Positions 1 to 7,072 of a stretch of 64,000 nucleotides of DNA are shown piece by piece (positions within the stretch are counted from its first letter, which is position 1; each line of letters begins with the position of its first letter). Under the pieces are notes generated by a model. The model had not been told where the DNA came from. It did no database searches and saw nothing but the letters and a program-made list of their open reading frames with translations. Position numbers and translations under genes: made by a program. Source of the stretch: a virus; the IMG/VR virus record IMGVR_UViG_3300025727_000782, positions 1-64,000 of that record; one strand, 5' to 3'.

Positions 1-414
1 AATGCCAATGTATTGATGCCAGGTTATGGTAAAGTATGGTATGGTGATTTAAATCTTACTGAAGATTATTTAGTATTGAGAGAAATTGCTCAAAATTTAA
101 ATACAGATTTATATGTGTTGTGGGAAAGTGATGGACGATTTGGAGATGAGAATAAACCATTTGATGAGTTGATTAAAAAGGCAGTATGGAATACGGATGA
201 ACTTAAACCAACTAAAGAATGGTATAAAAAGAAACGGGAAACTAAGTAATGGCCCGAGATATATTTGGAAATAAAAGAAAACTTCGTAAAGAAAAAGATT
301 TTAGTTATCAAACATCCGAGTGGGATGTTACTAAAGAGAAAATAAAAATAGTAATACTATTAGCTGTATCTGCAGTTTTTATGTATTACATAATATTAGG
401 ACAAGGATAATATA

Positions 415-684
415 ATGGCAAGACCAAGAGGACGAGACGCAAGACCGAAATTAGAACCAATCAGAAGGAAGTGTTCTACTTGTGGTAAAGTAAAAGTAGT
501 TAAACATAGGAGTTGGAATGTACCAGCTGCTAGTTCAGAATTTAATATACCAACATATAATAAAAACGCTGAACATAAAAATAGAGAAGACCGTGCTGGC
601 GTAGAGGTTAGAAACTATTGTAGTATTGAATGTTCTGGAGATAGTTTTTTAAACAAGTATACAGAAGAAGACTTTGACAGATAA
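415..684 (+). CDS. Small hypothetical protein, possible zinc-binding (CxxC ... CxxxC)
   Basis: 89-aa ORF with CSTC and YCSIEC motifs; AAGGA upstream. Confidence 0.5.
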   Translation: MARPRGRDARPKLEPIRRKCSTCGKVKVVKHRSWNVPAASSEFNIPTYNKNAEHKNREDRAGVEVRNYCSIECSGDSFLNKYTEEDFDR

Positions 685-871
685 TGCAAAGAAATCAATC
701 TTTAGAGATGCCGGCGGAGCAGGAAAAGGAGATAGACCAAGAAGTTATTCCACAAAGGAGTGGGGTGATAGGTGGGATAAAATTTTTGGTAACAAGGAAG
801 AAGTGGCACGAGAAGAATCTGGGTCAATACATCCATCAAAGACTGAACGAGGAAAATCTAACGATGAATGA
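674..871 (+). CDS. Small conserved-looking phage hypothetical protein (GKGDRPR motif)
   Basis: ORF track; GAGKGDRPR...WDKIF pattern resembles small marine phage proteins. Confidence 0.45.
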   Translation: MTDNAKKSIFRDAGGAGKGDRPRSYSTKEWGDRWDKIFGNKEEVAREESGSIHPSKTERGKSNDE

Positions 872-968
872 TTTGGATGAAGATACAATTAATTTTTTCT
901 TTCAACAATTTAAAATTGATAAAAATATGAAGATGAAACAGACAACGAAGGGTAAAGTGAAATAGGTT

Positions 969-1271
969 ATGTTAAGACCGATAGGTGCAAGAGTAGTAGT
1001 TGAACACAGAGAACGACAAGAAAAAACAGAGAGTGGAATTATAATACCAGATACAGCAAGAGAAGATGGATTACCAGACATAGGAACAATAGTTGCATGT
1101 GGTAAGGGTTCGGTAAGTCATATGACAGGAGAAAGAATACCAATGGAAGTTAGTGTTGGTGATGATATTTACTATGGTAGATTTCAGGCACAAGAACTTG
1201 AGTATAAAGGTAAGAAATATTTGATACTTGGTGAACAAGATATTATAGCAGTGATAGAGGAAGAGGAGTAG
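969..1271 (+). CDS. groES: Co-chaperonin GroES (Cpn10)
   Basis: LRPIGARVVV, KTESGIIIPDTA mobile loop, VSVGDDIYY, YLILGEQDIIAVI. Confidence 0.95.
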   Translation: MLRPIGARVVVEHRERQEKTESGIIIPDTAREDGLPDIGTIVACGKGSVSHMTGERIPMEVSVGDDIYYGRFQAQELEYKGKKYLILGEQDIIAVIEEEE

Positions 1272-1328
1272 AGATGGTTGAAATGACAGTTTTTATGGGT
1301 GTAGTAATAATATTCCACTTGTTTATTA

Positions 1329-1496
1329 ATGGATAAAGATTTAACAAAAAAATCTGATTTTGAATCAATAGAAAAATTCATAACAGATGTTAAGAGTATT
1401 GATATATTAAAAAGAGAGTTAGCTAAAACACCGATTGATTATGATAACATCGGGCCAATACCAAAAAAAAGATTTGAAAGAAAAACTAAAAAATGA
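1329..1496 (+). CDS. Hypothetical protein (55 aa), ATGA-coupled to the ORF at 1493
   Basis: Read by hand: MDKDLTKKSDFESIEKF...RKTKK*; its TGA overlaps the next ATG. Confidence 0.5.
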   Translation: MDKDLTKKSDFESIEKFITDVKSIDILKRELAKTPIDYDNIGPIPKKRFERKTKK

Positions 1497-1624
1497 TTTC
1501 TAAAGATAATTTAAAAAACAAATTAGAAAAATTGGAGTTGTTAATTGATAAGACTCAACCTGATGAATCAGATAAAGAACAATTATTTCAACAACATCAA
1601 ATAGATAATTGTGATAACGGTTAG
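1493..1624 (+). pseudogene. 5' part (42 codons) of a resident phage gene interrupted by the cassette array
   Basis: ATG 1493 reads MISKDNLKNKLEKLELL...QIDNCDN; the AAC at 1616-1618 is in frame and joins in frame to ATT at 4614. Confidence 0.7.
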
Positions 1625-1750
1625 TATATGAGTAGTGGCAGATAGAAAGCACCTACTTATCGTAAAGCAAAAAGTGAATAGATAAACAGAAACTTAAAAT
1701 TAAACAATAACCTGCCATTACTTATATACATTGTTATATACTGTATTGGC
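1612..1750. repeat. attC-like site 1
   Basis: TGATAAC-ggtta-GTATATGAGTAGTGGCAG (1624-1641) ... CTGCCATTACTTATATAC (1712-1729)-att-GTTATATACTGTATTGGC; 18-bp stem with two G.T pairs on the + strand. Confidence 0.8.
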
Positions 1751-1769
1751 GACTTAAAAAGCACAGACC

Positions 1770-2360
1770 TTGAAAAAATACAATATAATTTATGCAGACC
1801 CTGCTTGGAAGTTTGGAAGTAGATTAGCGAATGGAAATGATAAAAACGGAATAGTAAATTTAAAGCAAGTTAAAATTGGTGATAATTATACCGTAATGAC
1901 AACCGATGAAATTTGCAAAATGCCTGTAAAAAATATGACTGCTGATGATGCTATTCTTTTTTTATGGACAACCGATGCTCACTTGGAAGAAGCAATGAAA
2001 GTAATAAACGCTTGGGGTTTTAAATATAAAACGATTGGTTTTACTTGGTTAAAAAAAGAAAAAAGTGGTGTTCAAAGTTGCTATGTAGGTTTTTGGACGA
2101 CTAAATGTGGCGAAATATGTCTATTAGCAACAAAAGGCAAAATGAGTAAATATTTAAAAAAACGAAATGTAAGGCAATTAGTAGAAGCGGTAAGAGGTAG
2201 GCATTCTGAAAAACCAAACGAAGTAAGAAAAAGAATAGTTGAAATGTTTGGAAATGATATTCCAAAAACAGAACTATTTGCAAGAGAAAATTTTGACGGT
2301 TGGGATGCGTGGGGCAATGAAGTTGAAGACAGTATAGACCTAAGCCAATATTGTATATAA
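1770..2360 (+). CDS. MT-A70 family N6-adenine methyltransferase
   Basis: IIYADPAW (DPPW-like motif IV), LFLWTT, AWGFKYKT, HSEKP, ELFAR, GWDAWGNE; TTG start uncertain. Confidence 0.9.
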   Translation: MKKYNIIYADPAWKFGSRLANGNDKNGIVNLKQVKIGDNYTVMTTDEICKMPVKNMTADDAILFLWTTDAHLEEAMKVINAWGFKYKTIGFTWLKKEKSGVQSCYVGFWTTKCGEICLLATKGKMSKYLKKRNVRQLVEAVRGRHSEKPNEVRKRIVEMFGNDIPKTELFARENFDGWDAWGNEVEDSIDLSQYCI

Positions 2361-2497
2361 CGGAATGCAAATAAGAACAGTAAAATTATGAAAGAAAAAA
2401 TATTAAAAATAGCTGACAAATTACGCAACAATGAAATAACAACAGAGGATGCAGAAACCCTTTTATTGTTTTTATTTGGTGTTGTACACTGTATTGC
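2344..2497. repeat. attC-like site 2
   Basis: GCCAATATTGTATATAAC-ggaatg-CAAATAAGAACAGTAAAA (2368-2385) ... TTTTATTGTTTTTATTTG (2461-2478)-gt-GTTGTACACTGTATTGC; two G.T pairs on the + strand. Confidence 0.8.
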
Positions 2498-2507
2498 GAT
2501 TAAATAA
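2388..2507 (+). CDS. 39-aa ORF encoded inside attC-like site 2
   Basis: MKEKILKIADKLRNNEITTEDAETLLLFLFGVVHCIAIK*, starts in the hairpin loop after an A-rich leader and reads through the GTT at 2481. Confidence 0.45.
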   Translation: MKEKILKIADKLRNNEITTEDAETLLLFLFGVVHCIAIK

Positions 2508-2524
2508 ACTAAAACTTTAATTAA

Positions 2525-3568
2525 ATGACGAAACATAGTAATAATATTTTTTTGAGCGATGGCAAAATGGCTGACGATAGGAAGACAAATAACCTATTGT
2601 GGTTTGGTAACTGCTTGGAAGAAATGAAACGAATACCAAGTAAAAGTATTGACCTTATTTGTTGTGATTTACCTTATGGAACGACTGCTTGTAGTTGGGA
2701 TACAATAATACCATTTGAAAAACTTTGGAAAGAGTACAAGCGAATTATAAAAGATAAAGGTGTTATAGTATTATTTGGTTCTGAACCATTCTCTACGCTT
2801 TTAAGAGCAAGTAATTTGGATTGGTATAAATACGATTGGATTTGGGAAAAGAATAATGCAGGAAACTTTCAATTGGTAAATTACCAACCTTTAAAAGTAC
2901 ACGAAAATATTTCTGTATTTTACAATGAAACACCTAATCTTCAATTTTCTGAAATTATGAAAAGCAATATGGAACGACTTAACTTAAAACAAATTGACGT
3001 TTCAAGATTGCAATTATCTAAAAATGGGAACATAACAGGCTGGGTCGCAAATAAATTAAATGGTTCACAACTACCAACAAAAGAGCAATGGTTTAAAATA
3101 TGTGATTTATTTGGAATAGAGGATAATTATAATGAAATACTAAACTCTGTAAAAAGTGTTACTTACAACTTGGATTTACAAGATACAGATATTAAATGTA
3201 GTAATAAGGGGAAAGCAGGAAGTTTAGGTCATTTATCATCTGAAAGCAAAAGAGAAACTTATAACCAAACAAAAACAGGCTATCCAAAAAGTATATTAAA
3301 ATACAATAGAGAAAATGATTACCACACAACTCAAAAACCATTAGGATTGATAAAGTTTTTTATTGAAACTTACTCCAATAAAGGGGAAGTGGTTTTAGAT
3401 AACACTTGCGGAAGTGATACAACAGGAATAGCAAGTTTTGAACTTGGTAGAAATAGCATAAGTATTGAAAACGATTTAGATATTTACAAACTTGCTAAAA
3501 AAAGAAGGGAAGAAAAAAATATTATTGCGGTTGATATGCACGAAACTTTAATTGATGCACAGACGTAG
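2525..3568 (+). CDS. Beta-class N6A/N4C DNA methyltransferase with central HTH-like insert
   Basis: DLPY motif IV N-terminal, HTTQKP, VVLDNTCGSDTTG motif I C-terminal. Confidence 0.88.
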   Translation: MTKHSNNIFLSDGKMADDRKTNNLLWFGNCLEEMKRIPSKSIDLICCDLPYGTTACSWDTIIPFEKLWKEYKRIIKDKGVIVLFGSEPFSTLLRASNLDWYKYDWIWEKNNAGNFQLVNYQPLKVHENISVFYNETPNLQFSEIMKSNMERLNLKQIDVSRLQLSKNGNITGWVANKLNGSQLPTKEQWFKICDLFGIEDNYNEILNSVKSVTYNLDLQDTDIKCSNKGKAGSLGHLSSESKRETYNQTKTGYPKSILKYNRENDYHTTQKPLGLIKFFIETYSNKGEVVLDNTCGSDTTGIASFELGRNSISIENDLDIYKLAKKRREEKNIIAVDMHETLIDAQT

Positions 3569-3646
3569 CAATATTGTGTACAACGTTAAGGGTATGGTGT
3601 CGGTTGCTTTTCGCAACTGCACCATAACCATTGTTGTGCATAGTGC
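3568..3646. repeat. attC-like site 3
   Basis: GCAATATTGTGTACAAC-gttaa-GGGTATGGTGTCGGTTGC-ttttc-GCAACTGCACCATAACC-att-GTTGTGCATAGTGC; one bulged T, one G.T, one G/A mismatch. Confidence 0.85.
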
Positions 3647-3673
3647 GGATTATTAACAGAAAAACTAAATAGA

Positions 3674-4600
3674 ATGAAATTATACAAAGGAGATTGCTTG
3701 ATAGAAAGTGATAAAATAGAAAGTGGAAGCGTTGATTTAATATTAACTGATTTGCCTTATGGAACGGTTAAAGATATTAAAAATGTAAATCATGGAATGA
3801 GTGGAAAATGTGATTGGGATGTTGTAATTGACACAAACGAAATTTATAAAATAGCAAATAGAATATTGAGAAAGGATGGTAAAATCATTTTGTTTGCTCA
3901 ACAACCATTTACAAATGAATTAATAAATAAAGCTATTGAAAATATACCTTTTAATTATAGTATGATTTGGGAAAAAGACCACTTTGCAAATGCTTTGACT
4001 GCTAAGAAAGCACCTCTAAATTACTATGAAGATGTTTTAGTTTTTAGTAAAGACTATGAAAAGGGAAAAAATATAAAACCAACAAATCCTGTTTATGATT
4101 ATCTAAAAGGTTGCAAAATTGAAAGCGGAATAACTACAACTGAATTTAATTATAAATATTGTGAGTATTCAGGCAAAGAAAAAAACAAGCATAGAAGTTT
4201 GGTTGCAAGATATTGGGAAACATCACAATTTTTAGTACCTACAAAAGAAATATATGAAAACGTTTTGCAACCCACTGGATTTTTTAAATTACCTTATGAA
4301 GAAATGATAAAAATGAATACTTATAAAGGTTCTATTTTTAATTTATGGGAAGGTAAAAAATACAAAAGCAATATTTTAAAATACAAAAAAGATTATGATG
4401 GACACCACCCGACACAAAAGCCTATTTTATTGTTAGAAGATTTGATTAAAACCTTTAGTAATGAAAATGATTTAGTAGTGGATTTAACTATGGGTAGTGG
4501 AAGTACTGGTGTAGCTTGTAAAAACACCAATAGAGATTTTATAGGTATTGAGATGAATGATGAATACTATTATATTGCTTGTAAAAGAGTAGGATTGTAG
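3674..4600 (+). CDS. Beta-class N6A/N4C DNA methyltransferase
   Basis: ILTDLPY, HPTQKP, VVDLTMGSGSTG, FIGIE. Confidence 0.92.
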   Translation: MKLYKGDCLIESDKIESGSVDLILTDLPYGTVKDIKNVNHGMSGKCDWDVVIDTNEIYKIANRILRKDGKIILFAQQPFTNELINKAIENIPFNYSMIWEKDHFANALTAKKAPLNYYEDVLVFSKDYEKGKNIKPTNPVYDYLKGCKIESGITTTEFNYKYCEYSGKEKNKHRSLVARYWETSQFLVPTKEIYENVLQPTGFFKLPYEEMIKMNTYKGSIFNLWEGKKYKSNILKYKKDYDGHHPTQKPILLLEDLIKTFSNENDLVVDLTMGSGSTGVACKNTNRDFIGIEMNDEYYYIACKRVGL

Positions 4601-4604
4601 TATT

Positions 4605-4946
4605 ATGCACAACATTAGATATGTTGATAATTTAAAGAATCAGCTGAATTTAACTTTAGATGAAAGAGAACATTTAATTTACATCATGAGAACTTCAAAC
4701 AAAGTTTGGAAGATGAGAAATAAAATGTTAGATGGAGATTGGAACTTAGAAGATGTTAAGTTAGATGATATGGAAAAAGAATTAAGAACTCTTTTACCTA
4801 ATAATAAGATAGGTGCCATTAAACATTATAGACAAGTTATGATAGACGAATTTGGAAAACAAGTTTCTCTTAGAGATTCGAAAGAACGAATAGATAATCT
4901 CTGCAGAGAAATGACTTACGAACAAGGTTTAATAATAAACCACTAA
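4605..4946 (+). CDS. 3' part of the interrupted resident gene; C-terminus resembles the ribosomal L7/L12 C-terminal fold
   Basis: ATG lies inside the cassette arm (ATG CAC AAC); KIGAIKHYRQV...SLRDSKERID resembles the KIxAIKxxRx...LxEAKxxVD pattern. Confidence 0.55.
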   Translation: MHNIRYVDNLKNQLNLTLDEREHLIYIMRTSNKVWKMRNKMLDGDWNLEDVKLDDMEKELRTLLPNNKIGAIKHYRQVMIDEFGKQVSLRDSKERIDNLCREMTYEQGLIINH

Positions 4947-4962
4947 ACAAGGAGTACAGGTT

Positions 4963-5172
4963 ATGTATTTTGAAACACAAGTAATATTTACAGAAGAAAT
5001 CCCAACAAAGAATGGAGTACGAGAAAAGAAAACTCGTAGAGCATTTTTAGTTGAGTGTGATTCGGTAAGTGTAGCAGAGTCAAAGGTAAATGGATTGTTA
5101 AAAGATTCACCATATCCCTTTGAAGTTAAAGTAGCAAAAGAATCTAAGATTGTAGAGGTAATTGATGCCTAA
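4963..5172 (+). CDS. DUF4494-like small protein
   Basis: MYFETQV...KKTRRAFLVECDSVSVAESKV...ESKIVEV resembles DUF4494; AGGAG upstream. Confidence 0.55.
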   Translation: MYFETQVIFTEEIPTKNGVREKKTRRAFLVECDSVSVAESKVNGLLKDSPYPFEVKVAKESKIVEVIDA

Positions 5173-5367
5173 TTTAACATGGTTTTATTTCCATGTAGGA
5201 TTAGCACTGATAATAATAATAACTGATGCTAATGGAACATTAGAACCAGCGGTGAATAAATTTGAACAGAAGATTGGGTTATATACACCACCTGATACTA
5301 TTGATTCAACACCACCTTATTATATTGAACCAATAGAATCAGATTCAACAGACTGGAGAGTTTAGGT

Positions 5368-5586
5368 ATGGAGCATAAAATAGATGATTATAATAAAGGT
5401 TATTTAATTGGACTAATAATAGTAGCAGTTATTGGTGTTGCATTATTTTTCATACCATTTTGGGCCCTTTGGAATTGGCTAATGCCTTTATTTGGAGTAC
5501 CTAAAATAACACTTTTACAGAGTGTTGGGTTATATTTATTATTACGAATTATTTTCTTTCAGACTAATTATACTAACAAACAATAA
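5368..5586 (+). CDS. Small membrane protein
   Basis: Two hydrophobic segments, LWNWLMPLFGVPKITLLQ motif common in phage membrane proteins. Confidence 0.6.
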   Translation: MEHKIDDYNKGYLIGLIIVAVIGVALFFIPFWALWNWLMPLFGVPKITLLQSVGLYLLLRIIFFQTNYTNKQ

Positions 5587-5596
5587 GGAAAACTTT

Positions 5597-5764
5597 ATGG
5601 GCATTAGTATGGTGGAGATTAAAGAAAAATTAGAAAAAGCGTATAACGATGAAAATTGGAGTATCATAGAAGAGTTGTTAGAAACCTTATCATATGAGAT
5701 TGAAAATGGTGAAGGTTTATTTGAACAATATAAAGATGATGAAGAAGAAGATTTATGGGGCTGA
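5597..5764 (+). CDS. Small acidic hypothetical protein; stop codon overlaps tmRNA 5' end
   Basis: AAGGA RBS then ATG 5597 in frame with track ORF 5522..5764. Confidence 0.5.
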   Translation: MGISMVEIKEKLEKAYNDENWSIIEELLETLSYEIENGEGLFEQYKDDEEEDLWG

Positions 5765-6164
5765 CATGGAGATCGACTGGTGTTATTCGATACTAAAGTG
5801 CAGCAGAGTTTGAGTAGACTCTTAAATAAGACTCAACGAAACCTAAATGGCGATACATCGCTACAAGGGTTGGACATTGATTGGCATCTAGCCAATGCTG
5901 AAATGGGATTCGACAATTTTGTTGCTCCTGTTCAGAATGACCAACCAACTTACGCTTACGCATAAGTTACTGAGTTGTCTAACACTCGGTCATAAAATAA
6001 GTTAGACAAACAACTCTCGCATATGAGTATAAAGATGCACGGAGCTATCCAAAAAAATAGTCGGTGGTTTGTAGGTAACTTCTCGGAGGGTAGTAACCTA
6101 ATAAGCTGTAAATGACTTTGTAAAGAAATCATACAGGACGGGAGTTCGATTCTCCCCAGCTCCA
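5757..6164 (+). ncRNA. ssrA: tmRNA (transfer-messenger RNA)
   Basis: 5' GGGGCTGACATGGAGATCGAC; 3' GACGGGAGTTCGATTCTCCCCAGCTCCA with T-arm; acceptor stem GGGGCTG/CAGCTCC with G3.U alanine determinant and A discriminator; internal tag ORF ending YAYA-stop; CCA not encoded (followed by CAA). Confidence 0.93.
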
Positions 6165-6440
6165 CAACTAAGAGGAAATGAATGAAAAAAATAAGACATG
6201 GTAAATTACCAATTACATTAGAAAGTTCAGATGAATTAACACCTGATTTATTAGAAACAATACAATTGAATTTGATGTATGATAAAAAGAGAAAAGATAA
6301 TCACACTGGATGGGAATCCTGGAAAGATGAATATGGAAATTGGGTTAACCCGTACAAAGCGGATAAAAACCAATTAGAACTTTTCGAGAAAATAAAATGA
6401 TAAAAAAATTGATTTTAACAATGATAGGAGATATTTATCT

Positions 6441-7007
6441 ATGAGTGAATATGATACTTCATATTTGAATAAAATTATGAAGAATATAAAAATATATTTT
6501 GGAGTTGGAATAATAATGATATTATTTTTCAACACCTTTGTATGGACAGAGCTGTTTGAAAATTATAAAGATTTCCATAAGCAAACGCTTGTGGAATTGA
6601 GAGATGAGAATAGTAAACTCAAGAACATAGTTCAAGAGTTTAAACTGGAGGGATTGAATGTTACTGTTACAATGTATCATCCAGTTTCGTATCAAACTGA
6701 TTCTACACCGAACATTCTCGCGGATGGAACGCGCATAAGGGTAAATAAAGCTAGTGAATACCGATACATAGCGGTGAGTAGAAATCTTTTGACACGATAT
6801 GGTGGATGGTTAAATTACGGTGATTTCATTTATCTCAAAGGAACATCAGGTAAAGATGGTATGTACCAAGTACGCGACACAATGAACGCAAGATTTGTAA
6901 ATCGTATAGACATCTTGGAATCGCCAGGTACACCACCATATAAATACACCGATGCTCAAATTATGAAACACTCTATAGAGTTAGTTAGTGGAGATCGAGA
7001 TAGTTAA
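6441..7007 (+). CDS. Membrane-anchored 3D-domain (MltA-like peptidoglycan-acting) protein
   Basis: N-terminal TM and coiled coil; VTVTMY..QTDSTP..ADG, IAVSRNLL, VRDTM..RIDIL. Confidence 0.8.
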   Translation: MSEYDTSYLNKIMKNIKIYFGVGIIMILFFNTFVWTELFENYKDFHKQTLVELRDENSKLKNIVQEFKLEGLNVTVTMYHPVSYQTDSTPNILADGTRIRVNKASEYRYIAVSRNLLTRYGGWLNYGDFIYLKGTSGKDGMYQVRDTMNARFVNRIDILESPGTPPYKYTDAQIMKHSIELVSGDRDS

Positions 7008-7015
7008 AATAAAGC

Positions 7016-7045
7016 TTGACTTTTATATAAAAAAAGTCGTATATT
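7016..7045 (+). promoter_or_regulatory. Sigma70-type promoter with overlapping inverted repeat
   Basis: TTGACT (7016-7021), 18 nt, TATATT (7040-7045); GACTTTT...AAAAGTC palindrome 7018-7038. Confidence 0.55.
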
Positions 7046-7072
7046 TAAACAATGAAAAATACAGGTTATTAA

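Larger units (their letters stand above)
1619..4613. mobile_element. Integron-cassette-like array of three DNA methyltransferase cassettes (1619-2361, 2362-3584, 3585-4613); no recombinase in window
   Basis: Three AAC-hairpin-GTT modules alternate with three genes flanked by GTT...AAC inverted repeats; removal restores a continuous ORF. Confidence 0.8.

Noticed and set aside
1770-4600. Restriction-modification system
   Set aside because: No endonuclease or specificity subunit adjacent; MTases appear orphan
1612-4613. Hairpins as rho-independent terminators, CRISPR repeats or IS ends
   Set aside because: No U-tracts, loops up to 75 nt, no identical direct repeats, no transposase or target duplication beyond AAC
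6136-6164. Stand-alone tRNA
   Set aside because: T-arm pairs with the 5' end 400 nt upstream and no anticodon arm; it is the tmRNA 3' end
5780-6165. ORFs 5780..5965 (+) and 5956..6165 (-) as proteins
   Set aside because: Both lie inside the tmRNA; the first is the tag reading frame
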